A DNA stretch of 64,000 nucleotides from the NCBI GenBank assembly GCA_965197745.1, contig CBDANS010000006.1, positions 544,001 through 608,000 on the forward strand, read 5' to 3'. This document shows positions 33,250-43,022 of this stretch, piece by piece. Source of the DNA: Opitutales bacterium (GTDB lineage: Bacteria > Verrucomicrobiota > Verrucomicrobiia > Opitutales > PNEW01). Both the position numbers and the translations under genes were made by a program. Positions within the stretch are counted from its first letter, which is position 1. Each line of letters starts with the position of its first letter. The notes beneath the pieces were generated by a model. The model was not told the DNA's origin. It was given only the letters and a program-made list of their open reading frames with translations, and did not search any database.

Positions 33250-33963
33250 TTAAATACTGTTTAGTATCGGGATTAAGCACTCCAGGGAATCTATTTCATA
33301 ATCAGGTTCGATAGTGCCCCTACTTCTGACAGAATCACGATTGAGCAACACCGATAGTATACCGCTGTCCTTAGCTCCTTTAATATCTGATTCAAGTGAA
33401 TCCCCTATATGCATTAGCTCATCGGGATTACACGCTGCTTTTTCTAGAGCAATATCGAACAGCCTTCGATCAGGTTTTTCTACCCCGTGATCCTGTGAAA
33501 AAATGACAAAACTGAAATAGCCCTCAAGACCACATCGGTCGGGGTAGTTGTTCCCGTTTGATAATAATCCAATTTTGTAACTACCGGCTAATGCATCTAA
33601 TGCCGTAATAACATCTTCATATAATTCTATGTCTTCAAATCTGTGTTTTAAATAAATCTCATTAAGTTCATGTGCTAATTCATCATTCTTTACACCGAAA
33701 AATTTCAATATCCGTTGAAATGCTTTGTAACGAACATCCTCAAGATTGATGATACGCCCTTTATATTCTTGTGCCACTTCATTTCGTATTTGGATCATTT
33801 TCTCTATGCTCAACAGAGCCGACTGTTCCCTCGTTACATGATCTTTAAGTTCGATAAGGACATGTTGCAAAGAATGTCTCATGACTTTTTCAAAATCCCA
33901 GAGCGTGCCATCACCATCGAAGGATAGTGCTTTGATTTGTGTGACTATTGGTCGATTAAGCAT
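33250..33963 (-). CDS. HAD-superfamily hydrolase
   Basis: FDGDGTL, KPD and HIGDSLESD. Confidence 0.88.
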   Translation of the reverse strand: MLNRPIVTQIKALSFDGDGTLWDFEKVMRHSLQHVLIELKDHVTREQSALLSIEKMIQIRNEVAQEYKGRIINLEDVRYKAFQRILKFFGVKNDELAHELNEIYLKHRFEDIELYEDVITALDALAGSYKIGLLSNGNNYPDRCGLEGYFSFVIFSQDHGVEKPDRRLFDIALEKAACNPDELMHIGDSLESDIKGAKDSGILSVLLNRDSVRSRGTIEPDYEIDSLECLIPILNSI

Positions 33964-34040
33964 CTGATTCGTTTTACAACAGCGTGGTTAACACCGCATT
34001 TTGAGCATGAAGAAGAGTCTGCCTCCCTTTTGACTGACAC

Positions 34041-35258
34041 CTAAACGTCGAGTATCTCCCGAGTTGTCTCGTAGCCGCCTGCGACATGAGCTGCAAGCCA
34101 GTCCGGACTGTCTCGCCGCGGTAGCGACAGCGCCGGTTCGCCCTTACAGCTCAAGCGGTAGAGTAGCCGGGCATCGTCAATCGAGCTGATTTTGAACTTG
34201 ATTGGCGGCGAGTTGTGCAGAGTCATGAAATTGTCCCAGATCGTCACGTCGCCCGGTGTGTGCACATGGTCGTAGCGGAATTGTGGCTGGAGCACGTGCG
34301 CTTCCAGGCGATCGAGAAAAGCGCGTGATTGCTCTATCGTCATCCCGTCTACCTCGATCGCCGGCCGTACCCCTGGCCGCGAAGCCCAGATCGGACTGTG
34401 TAAAGACTTTATCCCCGAACGCGGGTTGGTGCGCACCAAGGGCGCGAGCCACCCTTCATCTCCCTCGTTTAACCGTCGCCGCAGTTGAACGCGTTCCAGT
34501 GCAGTCTGCTCATCAGCCGGTAAAGCCTCAAAAGCAGCCGCCGTATCGGCATAGGGTGTCTCACCGTTTAAGGGCATATTCTTGCGCAGCTGCATCAACC
34601 TGACGTCAGAGTCCTCGTAATACGGTTTAGGGTCGCTGCTCGGTTCCTGTATCCAGTATCCTCCAGGGGCGTCGCGCGTGAGGGGCACATGGTGGACGAG
34701 AAACATGGACACGTATATCGGCAACAACTCGTACTCGATATCCGTATGCCAGGCGCCACCGGTTGACACGCGGGTATCCCCCTTCTCCCCCTTTTCCCGC
34801 TTCTCGTTGAAATTAGACACGACAAGCACCGTCGGCGACTCATGCGGCAGGCACTGCAACTGGTCAGGGAAAATCCTGTCGACGGCGGCCACCCTCCGCT
34901 TCTCGTAGGGGACAAACTCGATCGGTCCGTCGCTGGCCCCGTCATCTTGCGCCAGCTTGCCCCCACGCATGAAATTGTTCGGGTGCGGAATCGGCGCGCC
35001 CCAGTGATTGGCAAAGCGCTCAAAGTGGGCAAGGGAAAACCGGGCCAAATCCTGACCGGCGATGCAGACGATCCGAAACTGGCTTAATGCGTCGAGCAAA
35101 AAACCCACCTGGTCCTCGCTCAACTGGCAGCACAAGTCGATACCGGTGAAACGCACTCCAGCTCCGCTTTGGGTCAATGGGTTTTCGCTGTGCGCGTCGA
35201 CGCCGAACAGCACCTGCAGCCGCCGCTCCAGTTGCTGGTTTTTTGTTCCATTGTTCAT
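34041..35258 (-). CDS. TauD/TfdA family dioxygenase
   Basis: WHTD and GDVTIWDNFMTLH. GC-richer than neighbours. Confidence 0.85.
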   Translation of the reverse strand: MNNGTKNQQLERRLQVLFGVDAHSENPLTQSGAGVRFTGIDLCCQLSEDQVGFLLDALSQFRIVCIAGQDLARFSLAHFERFANHWGAPIPHPNNFMRGGKLAQDDGASDGPIEFVPYEKRRVAAVDRIFPDQLQCLPHESPTVLVVSNFNEKREKGEKGDTRVSTGGAWHTDIEYELLPIYVSMFLVHHVPLTRDAPGGYWIQEPSSDPKPYYEDSDVRLMQLRKNMPLNGETPYADTAAAFEALPADEQTALERVQLRRRLNEGDEGWLAPLVRTNPRSGIKSLHSPIWASRPGVRPAIEVDGMTIEQSRAFLDRLEAHVLQPQFRYDHVHTPGDVTIWDNFMTLHNSPPIKFKISSIDDARLLYRLSCKGEPALSLPRRDSPDWLAAHVAGGYETTREILDV

Positions 35259-35347
35259 AACTATCCCCTCATGTATAGCTATGGGCTAATATAAATGAAA
35301 GCATAAGGGGCAGTTGTTGTAATTTTTTTTAATTTATAACTGTCGCC

Positions 35348-36214
35348 CTATATCTCCATGCCGAAGTGGTCATGGAAGAACTTAGCGTATTCATCTAAAG
35401 TCATCTCTCGACCAAAATTAACCCAGTCCTCATCCGACATCGCCCGACGCCCGGCAGCCCATCCTTTAGCATCTTCACCACACAGATAGCGGAGCTTTGG
35501 CTGATTCGTTTCCAGTGATCGCTGAATAGTCTCTGCCACCAGTTTCGGTGGAGAAGCATTTGGCAACATTGTCGCGGACAGCCTTTTACTTCGCAAGTTA
35601 AACGCGTTATAAGGAGAATTGGGATCCGGATCTGGTCCGCGTTTATCAAAGATCGGGGTTCGGATAAATCCTGGCTCGATGATTACCACCCGGATGTTAA
35701 AGCGCCGAACTTCCTGCGCCAGGGATTCACTCGCCGCCTCAAGGGCGAACTTCGATCCGGAGTAGGCACCGCCCCGCGCGTTTGCCAGTAGTCCCGCGAT
35801 CGAAGAGACATTGACAATCGCGCCGCTACGGGCTTGACGCATGGTTGGCAGCACCAGTCGCATCATGCGCATCGCACCGAAGTAGTTGGTCTCAAAGACC
35901 GCCCTTAGAACTTCCTCCGGCATTTCTTCTATGGGACCACCCCCGCCGATGCCGGCATTGTTGATCAACACATCGAGCTGTCCCGTCCGCTCAAGAACCG
36001 TTTCCACCGCGCGCTCGGAAGATTTCGGATCATTCACATCGAGTTGAATTATATCAAGCTTCAGTCCCTCCTTTCGGGCCGCCTGCTTCAGCTCGTCTGA
36101 ACCGGTATCCGGGTTGCGCATGCTGGCAAAGACATGATATCCCTGGCGGGCCAGGTGGAGCGCTGTAGACTGACCGATGCCGGTGCTCGTTCCTGTAATG
36201 AGTGTAACTGACAT
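35348..36214 (-). CDS. Short-chain dehydrogenase/reductase
   Basis: TGTSTGIG, NNAG and YSGSK. Confidence 0.92.
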   Translation of the reverse strand: MSVTLITGTSTGIGQSTALHLARQGYHVFASMRNPDTGSDELKQAARKEGLKLDIIQLDVNDPKSSERAVETVLERTGQLDVLINNAGIGGGGPIEEMPEEVLRAVFETNYFGAMRMMRLVLPTMRQARSGAIVNVSSIAGLLANARGGAYSGSKFALEAASESLAQEVRRFNIRVVIIEPGFIRTPIFDKRGPDPDPNSPYNAFNLRSKRLSATMLPNASPPKLVAETIQRSLETNQPKLRYLCGEDAKGWAAGRRAMSDEDWVNFGREMTLDEYAKFFHDHFGMEI

Positions 36215-36561
36215 GTTCTTCTCCTTTAATTCTTATTCTTTAGCTCAACCAGATAAAAAAACACAGTTTCTATTAAAATTGCATAAACTACCGCTCTCAA
36301 TTGACATTCAGCAAATGTTTTGCAGGCAGCGTCTGCGCATCTGCCGAGTAGGCATCATAATATTAGAAGCGAGAGGATCAAGAGAATTTGTAAGCTCATG
36401 TGTTAAAGCATGTTCGATTTGATCCGAACGGTTGTCAAACGATATAAAAAATAAACGAATCTCAGGGTGGGCAGGTCCCAAGTATAGTTTAAATTTGTCG
36501 GTCAGCAGGATTTGTCTGCATCATTAATTTTGATAAAACCGACATAACAACTTGCGATAAT

Positions 36562-36594
36562 CTACATATGTAGTCTACTTGTCTACTTAAGTAG
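36562..36594. promoter_or_regulatory. Paired BlaI/CopY-type operator boxes
   Basis: ctacatatgtag (TACAnnTGTA) and ctacttaagtag palindromes just upstream of the BlaI-family gene. Confidence 0.75.
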
Positions 36595-36616
36595 TCTTTA
36601 AAAGAGTAAAACAACT

Positions 36617-37009
36617 ATGAATGAGAATAAGAAAATAAAATTATCCCGTCTGGAAATGGAGGTAATAGAGCCACTATGGAATATGGGCACCGCGTCGATT
36701 CGCCAGATTCATGAAAGTTTACCCGAAGAGAAACGTCCCGAGTTCACTACGGTGCAAACGATAATCTATCGTCTGGAAGAAAAAGGTGCGGTAAAGCGAC
36801 TCCATAAAATTGGCAATGCCTATATCTTCAATCCCCTTATCAGCCGCAAATCAGCGATTGGAAACTTGGTCGATGATTTACTCAGTCTCTTAGGAGGATC
36901 CCCTAACCCTATGATGGCCCATCTCCTGGAGACGGGAAAAATTACGCTAAAGGATTTAAAGCAGATGGAAACCATCTTGGATAATAACCGAGAAGAGGAC
37001 AAAAAATGA
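36617..37009 (+). CDS. BlaI/MecI/CopY family repressor
   Basis: LSRLEMEVIEPLW...TTVQTIIYRLEEKG. Confidence 0.92.
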   Translation: MNENKKIKLSRLEMEVIEPLWNMGTASIRQIHESLPEEKRPEFTTVQTIIYRLEEKGAVKRLHKIGNAYIFNPLISRKSAIGNLVDDLLSLLGGSPNPMMAHLLETGKITLKDLKQMETILDNNREEDKK

Positions 37010-39177
37010 AGCTATTTAATATTGTCAATGGACCGACACTCACTTTCTGGGTTGATATGGGCAATCACCTTTGGCAGTCCACGCTGTTTGGTTTATTCAT
37101 TGTCCTGGTAATCTTATTTCTAAATAATGCATCTGCGAATACGAGATACATTGTCGGTTGGATCGGGTTAATAAAATTTATCCTTCCCTCTGCCCTTTTG
37201 TATCAGGCAGGACAAAGTCTCCAGCTATCATTCTTTAATAAAGAGTTTTGGAATATAGAAGGATTAATCCCGTTTAACCCTCAATTTACAGAACCATTGT
37301 TCCTCTTTAATAAGACGGACTCATTATTAGTAGAACCGGTATCGATAACGACTGTATCACCCTACTCTGGAATAACCTTATTAAATATTCTTGGGTTTAT
37401 ATGGCTGGTTGGCGCTCTGCTTATTTTTGTAAGATGGCAATATCAACTTCACAATCTAAAACGAGAATTACTGACCCAGTCCCGACCGGCAAATGAATCG
37501 CTGAATACACTGTTAAAGCAATTAAGGGTAAAAATTAACCTCAAAAATAATGTATCAGCCTTACTCATCGATAAAAAAATCGAACCCGGTGTTCTTGGTG
37601 TATTCACTTCTAAGCTAATTCTGCCTGATTATCTGGTTAAGAATTTATCGGCAAAGGAGCTTGAGCCTATCCTCATACATGAACTGGCTCACGCTAAACG
37701 CCGTGACAACTTATGGGGTTTTTTGCAAATGGTCTTATTTTGTCTCCTCTGGTTTAACCCCTTAATCTGGTGGTTGAATCGTCGTTTAACCTGGGAGAGT
37801 GAAAGATCCTGCGATGAAACAGTTCTTATTCAATCCAAAGATAAAAACAATTATGCGAAAGGTATTATTATGGTTTCGCATTATTGTATCGGTTTAAAAA
37901 CACCGGGCTTTTCAGGTATTAACGATATACGCCTGGAAAACAGATTGGAATCTATTATCAGATTCAACGGTAATAAATTATTCAGTCGCTTCACGCACCG
38001 GTTTATTATTGTCACTGCCTTGTTCTTCTTATTTCTCACCACTTCAACCAGTGGATTCCTTGCTCATTTAGGAGCATTAAACATTCATGAAGACAGTAAC
38101 ACTGCAAAAGATGTTATTGCCGCCGCAGAGGGTGACTCGATAAATGAAGTCATCAATAATAGAGAGGCTGTTTTGCCCGATGAAAAGGCCTTCAATGCTG
38201 TAAATAATAGCCATGAAGTAATACCAATGGCTAAGGAGGAAAGAAGCAATGAATCCCACTCGGGTTATGTTGAAATCGCACCTGAATCAACACTCAAAAT
38301 AACAGATTCAGATCCTCCTCAATCTATTGAGGTGGAAGATTATACTAGCTTACCCGATTCCGTAAAGATTCCCTTTTTCAATGCCTCCACAACCTCTACT
38401 CTCAATAAGCTGTTTAGACCGCTGCAGGTTGCCCAAACCACAGGTGGAGATAAAACGGATCGAATTTATGAACGGGAATATCCGACAAGCTATGAGGAAG
38501 AAGTTGACATAAATATCGCTGACTATCCCGATCTGGAAATTAAAAATAAAGTGATGCCGAGATTTCCAAGATCGGTTCTCCATTTAGGTTACGATAAAGG
38601 CTTTGCCAAAATAGTTTTTATTGTCGATGAGGCAGGTCAACAGAGAGATTTTGTCGTAACCTCTACTTCTCATCCCGACTTCGGCATGGAGTTACTTAAA
38701 GCATTAAGAAAATGGAAATTTTCTCCCATCTACGTTAAGAGAAAACCACAGACGACGCGGATCAAATTGGAAGCTAACTTTAAATTTAGAGGGATCAGTA
38801 ATGATGATATAAATATAATAGAAGAAGCCCAATTGCGTTTTGAAAGAGTTAAGCCCATCTACAGAATAAATAATCTAAGTGAATTAGATAGGGAACCAAG
38901 ACTGCTTAAAGAAGTGCCTCCCTTTTTTCCTGAAAAAATGAAAAGAAGAAACAAAAACGGGAGAGTATTGGTTGAGTTTTTCATTGATCCTAACGGTAAC
39001 GTATTGGCTCCGGGAATAAAGTCGGCAACGAATGATGATTTTGCCATTGCCGTCCTATCCGCTGTTCAGAAATGGAAGTTTGAACCACCAATGAAGAATG
39101 GAATCCCGGTATCAGCGCATGTGTTTCAGCATTTCAATTTTAGTTATGTCCCGGTGAAAAAAAATAAAAACAGGTAA
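37006..39177 (+). CDS. BlaR1-like M56 peptidase fused to two TonB C-terminal domains
   Basis: HELAH, WFNPLIW and ERSCDE, plus two TonB_C repeats ending WKFSP and WKFEP. Confidence 0.9.
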   Translation: MKLFNIVNGPTLTFWVDMGNHLWQSTLFGLFIVLVILFLNNASANTRYIVGWIGLIKFILPSALLYQAGQSLQLSFFNKEFWNIEGLIPFNPQFTEPLFLFNKTDSLLVEPVSITTVSPYSGITLLNILGFIWLVGALLIFVRWQYQLHNLKRELLTQSRPANESLNTLLKQLRVKINLKNNVSALLIDKKIEPGVLGVFTSKLILPDYLVKNLSAKELEPILIHELAHAKRRDNLWGFLQMVLFCLLWFNPLIWWLNRRLTWESERSCDETVLIQSKDKNNYAKGIIMVSHYCIGLKTPGFSGINDIRLENRLESIIRFNGNKLFSRFTHRFIIVTALFFLFLTTSTSGFLAHLGALNIHEDSNTAKDVIAAAEGDSINEVINNREAVLPDEKAFNAVNNSHEVIPMAKEERSNESHSGYVEIAPESTLKITDSDPPQSIEVEDYTSLPDSVKIPFFNASTTSTLNKLFRPLQVAQTTGGDKTDRIYEREYPTSYEEEVDINIADYPDLEIKNKVMPRFPRSVLHLGYDKGFAKIVFIVDEAGQQRDFVVTSTSHPDFGMELLKALRKWKFSPIYVKRKPQTTRIKLEANFKFRGISNDDINIIEEAQLRFERVKPIYRINNLSELDREPRLLKEVPPFFPEKMKRRNKNGRVLVEFFIDPNGNVLAPGIKSATNDDFAIAVLSAVQKWKFEPPMKNGIPVSAHVFQHFNFSYVPVKKNKNR

Positions 39178-39313
39178 GTAAACCTTCAAGTAAGCTACTC
39201 AAGGCAGAAAGGGGTAAAATGGCTAAGCTTTTCCATAATAGGTTACTGGTCGTGACCACGAAAACTGGTCCACTTGAAAAGTTAGTCTGGTCCAACTAGA
39301 AAGGACACAGACA

Positions 39314-39580
39314 ATGAAAGGCAAAAGATACACGACCGAAGAGAAAATACGGATGCTGCGCCAGGCGGACAAAGGGAAAACGATCCTGGAAGCATGCCGC
39401 GAGAACAACATAAGCGAACAGACCTTCCACCGCTGGAAACGTGAGTTTGGGATGATTGATGTCAACCAGGCCAAGCGGATGAAGGAGCTCGAGAAGGAGA
39501 ACGCGCGGTTAAAACGGATGCTGGCGGACAAGATGCTGGGGATAGAGATCCTGCAGGAGACCCTCGAAAAAAAACTGTAA
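39314..39580 (+). CDS. IS3 transposase OrfA
   Basis: Identical protein to 25338-25604. Confidence 0.92.
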   Translation: MKGKRYTTEEKIRMLRQADKGKTILEACRENNISEQTFHRWKREFGMIDVNQAKRMKELEKENARLKRMLADKMLGIEILQETLEKKL

Positions 39581-39600
39581 GCCCTGGGCACAAGCGGCAA

Positions 39601-40555
39601 GTGGCAGAGAGACTTGTGACTCGGGGCCAGTGTTCGATGCGAGCGGGGTGCCGGTACTTTCGGCTGCACCGTTCCACCTATGCGTATAGGGCCAAGCATC
39701 CGGATGCCTGGCTAACGAAACTAAAAGCGGCAGTAAGGCGGTTATCACGGCAATACGCGAGGTGGGGCTATCCCAAGATCACGAAGCTGTTGAAGGACGA
39801 AGGCTGGCAGGTGGGTAAACGTCTCGTGCAACGTCTGCGACGTGAACTGGGTCTGGCGATCCCCCCACGCAAGCCAAGACGCCGGCGCAGGGATGTCTGC
39901 ACCGGGCTACCGACAAAGGCCGAACATCCCGACCATGTTTGGACCTGGGATTTTATCCACGATAAGACGGTTCGCGGCGGCAGTCTAAAAATGCTGACCG
40001 TGCTCGATGAGTACACCCGCGAGTGCCGGGTGATCCATGTTGATCGCCATATCAATGCGGAAACGGTGCGCGGTATCATGCAAAAACTGCTCGACCGGCA
40101 TGGGCCGCCAAAATATATTCGTAGCGACAACGGTTCCGTTCCGAGGAGCGAAGCGACGACATGCAAAGCCATTCATTGAAAGCCAATTGAGAGCCTGGCT
40201 AACTGCGATGAAAATCAAAACCCTCTATATCGAACCAGCAAGCCCTTGGCAGAACGGATACATTGAATCGTTCCATGCCCGTTTTCGCGAGGAGTGTTTA
40301 AACCGTGAACAGTTATGGACTTTGACCGAAGCCCGCGTGGTCATCGAAGATTGGCGCTGGCTTTACAATCATGTCCGACCCCACCGCAGCCTCGGCAACA
40401 TCACTCCACGGCACTTCACTGAAAACCTCAATACCGAAGGCTCGGGCTCCATTCGGGCTACGCCCTCATTGCGCCCAAGCCTTGACTTCCTCTACCAACT
40501 TAACTTCAACATTAACCTCTCCAGACTAACTCTCCCTGTGGACCAGTTTGTGTAA
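39601..40555 (+). pseudogene. IS3 OrfB frameshifted by the same 33-nt insert
   Basis: Insert at 40139-40171. Confidence 0.9.
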
Positions 40556-40563
40556 CCCGACCA

Positions 40564-42012
40564 GAGGGATCTTTCTGTTTCAGCCCTTCCAGCAACTGCA
40601 ATGATGGCAGTTTGACGCTGCCTATCCTGGAGTATAGCCACGATTTCGGGTGTTCGATTACCGGTGGCTATCGTTACCGGGGAACGATGATTCCAAATCT
40701 ATTTGCAACCTATCTTTACGCTGATTTCTGTTCCGGGAGAATCTGGGGAGCGACAGAGATTAGTAACAACGTATGGATGGCGACAGTAATTATAGACACT
40801 GTTTTTTCGATTAGTACTTTTGGTGAAGACGATTCCGGTGAGATTTATTTTGCTCACTACGCCGACAGTGGGACGATCTATCGCCTGAGTCCCGGATTTG
40901 ATAACACCCCACCGTCGATCACTGCGCACCCCATCAGCCAGGAAGTGCAGTCGGGCACCTCCGTCGTATTATCTGTCGCCGCGAGCGGTGATGATCTCAC
41001 CTACCAGTGGTATGAAGGCAATATAGGTGACACAGCGAGTTTGATCGCTGGCGCCACCAGCAGTACTTTCACGTCGGAAGCTCTCACCGCGAGCACAAAT
41101 TTCTGGGTACAGATAAGCAATGCCGGAGGGACTGTTAACAGTGAGACCGCAGTGATCACGGTATCGGCGCCACTCCTCACTCTCGTTCTCGACGGTTCGG
41201 GCGATATCGCCGGTGAAAACATCCAGCACCCTAACGGAAACATCTTTGACCAGATCCTGTTAACCGGAGAAAGCATCCGGCTTCAGGCAAGACCCAATCG
41301 GATTACCCGGGTATCGTTCATGGACGAAAACGAGGACATTGTGCAGGTAGAGTTCTCAGGCGCAGGGACCTTTACTGTAATCCTCGACCCGGCCACCTTC
41401 CTGCCCCCGGCCCCTCCCCCACGCTACAATCAGGCAATCGAGTACGTAACAGGCAAACCAAGCGTGGTCATCGATGGAACCGACTCCAGTACATTTTTCA
41501 GTATCTTCACCGTTGGTTCAATCAACGCCGTGAACCAGGCTCTGTTCCCTGAGGGACAAGTCTATGATGCCCAGGCCGATGTCACCCTTGTGGAAGTGAT
41601 TAACTCCACGGGAATGGGAGGGATGCAATTGTCAAACACCGTCTTCAGTGGAAGCACGGGCAAAGTCGGTGTCGATGCGAGAGGAGTACCGATCGCGGTT
41701 CGGTTAACGGTTGGAGACATCGATGCCAGTGAGGAAGCGGTGCCCCACCTCTTGTTGGGAGAAGGGTCCTTCACGGTACCCTCGGGCAACCCCGGTTTGA
41801 GGATCACCGGAGGAGACTTGCTGCAGACGAATGGCGCAGCGGTCGTCGTCGCGGAGAGTGGATCGACGACAACGGGATTTGAGACCCTGATAACCCAGAA
41901 TAACTTTAAGTCCGACAACACACCTCAACCGACGCAGAGCATTAATGCGACTTTTGTAAACGAAGCCGGGAATGACCTCACGGTGACCATTGAAGAACTG
42001 ACGATTGAATGA
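40564..42012 (+). pseudogene. 5'-truncated gene: PQQ-type sugar dehydrogenase tail, Ig domain and conserved C-terminal domain
   Basis: EYSHDFGCSITGGYRYRG...YLYADFCSGRIW...ISTFGED is a GSDH-type tail. The C-terminal part is highly similar to 15087-16349. Frame is open from the IS boundary. Confidence 0.8.
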
Positions 42013-42019
42013 TGCAATT

Positions 42020-42520
42020 GCCGAATACTGATTTTCGATTTATTCCCTTTGTCAGGCAAGTAGGTGGAACGCGCTGTCCCTAGCGCGTTGAGGATATCAC
42101 GATTGAAGAAGCGTGCTAGGGACAGCCCGCTCCACCTTCAGCCATCACTCGTATCGTGATGCTGATGATATCCGATTTTTGATATCTGATATTCGATTTT
42201 CGAGGTGTTGGAGTTACTTCAGATATCGAATATCGGATATCGTACTTCGTATATCTGTCAACTTAATGTTCGGGTTGCTTTTGATCCTACACAAGAAAGA
42301 GTTGGCCACTACCGAGCGTAGCGAGATCTTACAATCCATGCAGATGTCGGAAGCCTATTGACATTCCCCTGGATTGCCGCGTCGAGCTACTCCTCGCAAT
42401 GACAATTTTATAAAAACTCATTCTTGTGCCTTGTGGAAGATCTCGCTGCGCTCTGGTAGTGGCTATTTTTTCTTACTTCGCACATCGTATATCGCATATC
42501 GTACTTCGTATATCTGTTTT
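42020..42520. repeat. Mosaic repeat cluster (REP-like pair 42062-42137, 7-mer gatatcc-type arrays, half GTCATTGCGAG element, two micro-insertions)
   Basis: Direct inspection of palindromes and tandem heptamers. Confidence 0.75.
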
Positions 42521-42566
42521 TTGGTATCCGTTAAGCGCCTTTCCGACGATTAACTGAGCATCTTTT

Positions 42567-43022
42567 TTAATAAAACTCCATTTCTTGAATGGGGAGATAG
42601 AGTACTTCTTTAAAACCATTCTTGAAGTCGTTCCAGAAATCATTTCTTAAGACTTCGGGAAAGAGTATCCTGTCAATCAATTCTTTTCTGTCGAACCAAC
42701 CCGCTTCAACGATGTGCTCACGCGCCGTTTCCGATTCCGCCACGTGCGGTGTCCCGGAGCGATAGTCACATAAAACCCAAACCTTTAATAATCTTAGCTC
42801 AGGATTATATAATTCTTCCACATAGGCCATTTTACCTGGCTCGACATCTATGCTTGTCTCTTCCAGTACTTCCCTTTTCGCGGCATCGAAAACACTTTCA
42901 GATCCCTGGACGCCACCACCCGGAGCCACCAAAAAATCATAGGCTCCCTCTTTCTTGTGACGGACAAGCAAAATCTTCTCTTCATTGACAACGAGAGCTC
43001 CGGCGGAAATCCGATGAATCAT
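42567..43022 (-). CDS. NUDIX hydrolase
   Basis: PGGGVQGSESVFDAAKREVLEET. Confidence 0.88.
   Translation of the reverse strand: MIHRISAGALVVNEEKILLVRHKKEGAYDFLVAPGGGVQGSESVFDAAKREVLEETSIDVEPGKMAYVEELYNPELRLLKVWVLCDYRSGTPHVAESETAREHIVEAGWFDRKELIDRILFPEVLRNDFWNDFKNGFKEVLYLPIQEMEFY

Larger units (their letters stand above)
39247..40563 (+). mobile_element. IS3-family element, copy 2, near-identical to 25271-26587
   Basis: Same IRs and length. Only two substitutions spotted. Confidence 0.95.

Noticed and set aside
25268..40566. Bona fide composite transposon with target-site duplication
   Set aside because: The flanks (agg/ccc and tac/gag) give no matching duplication.
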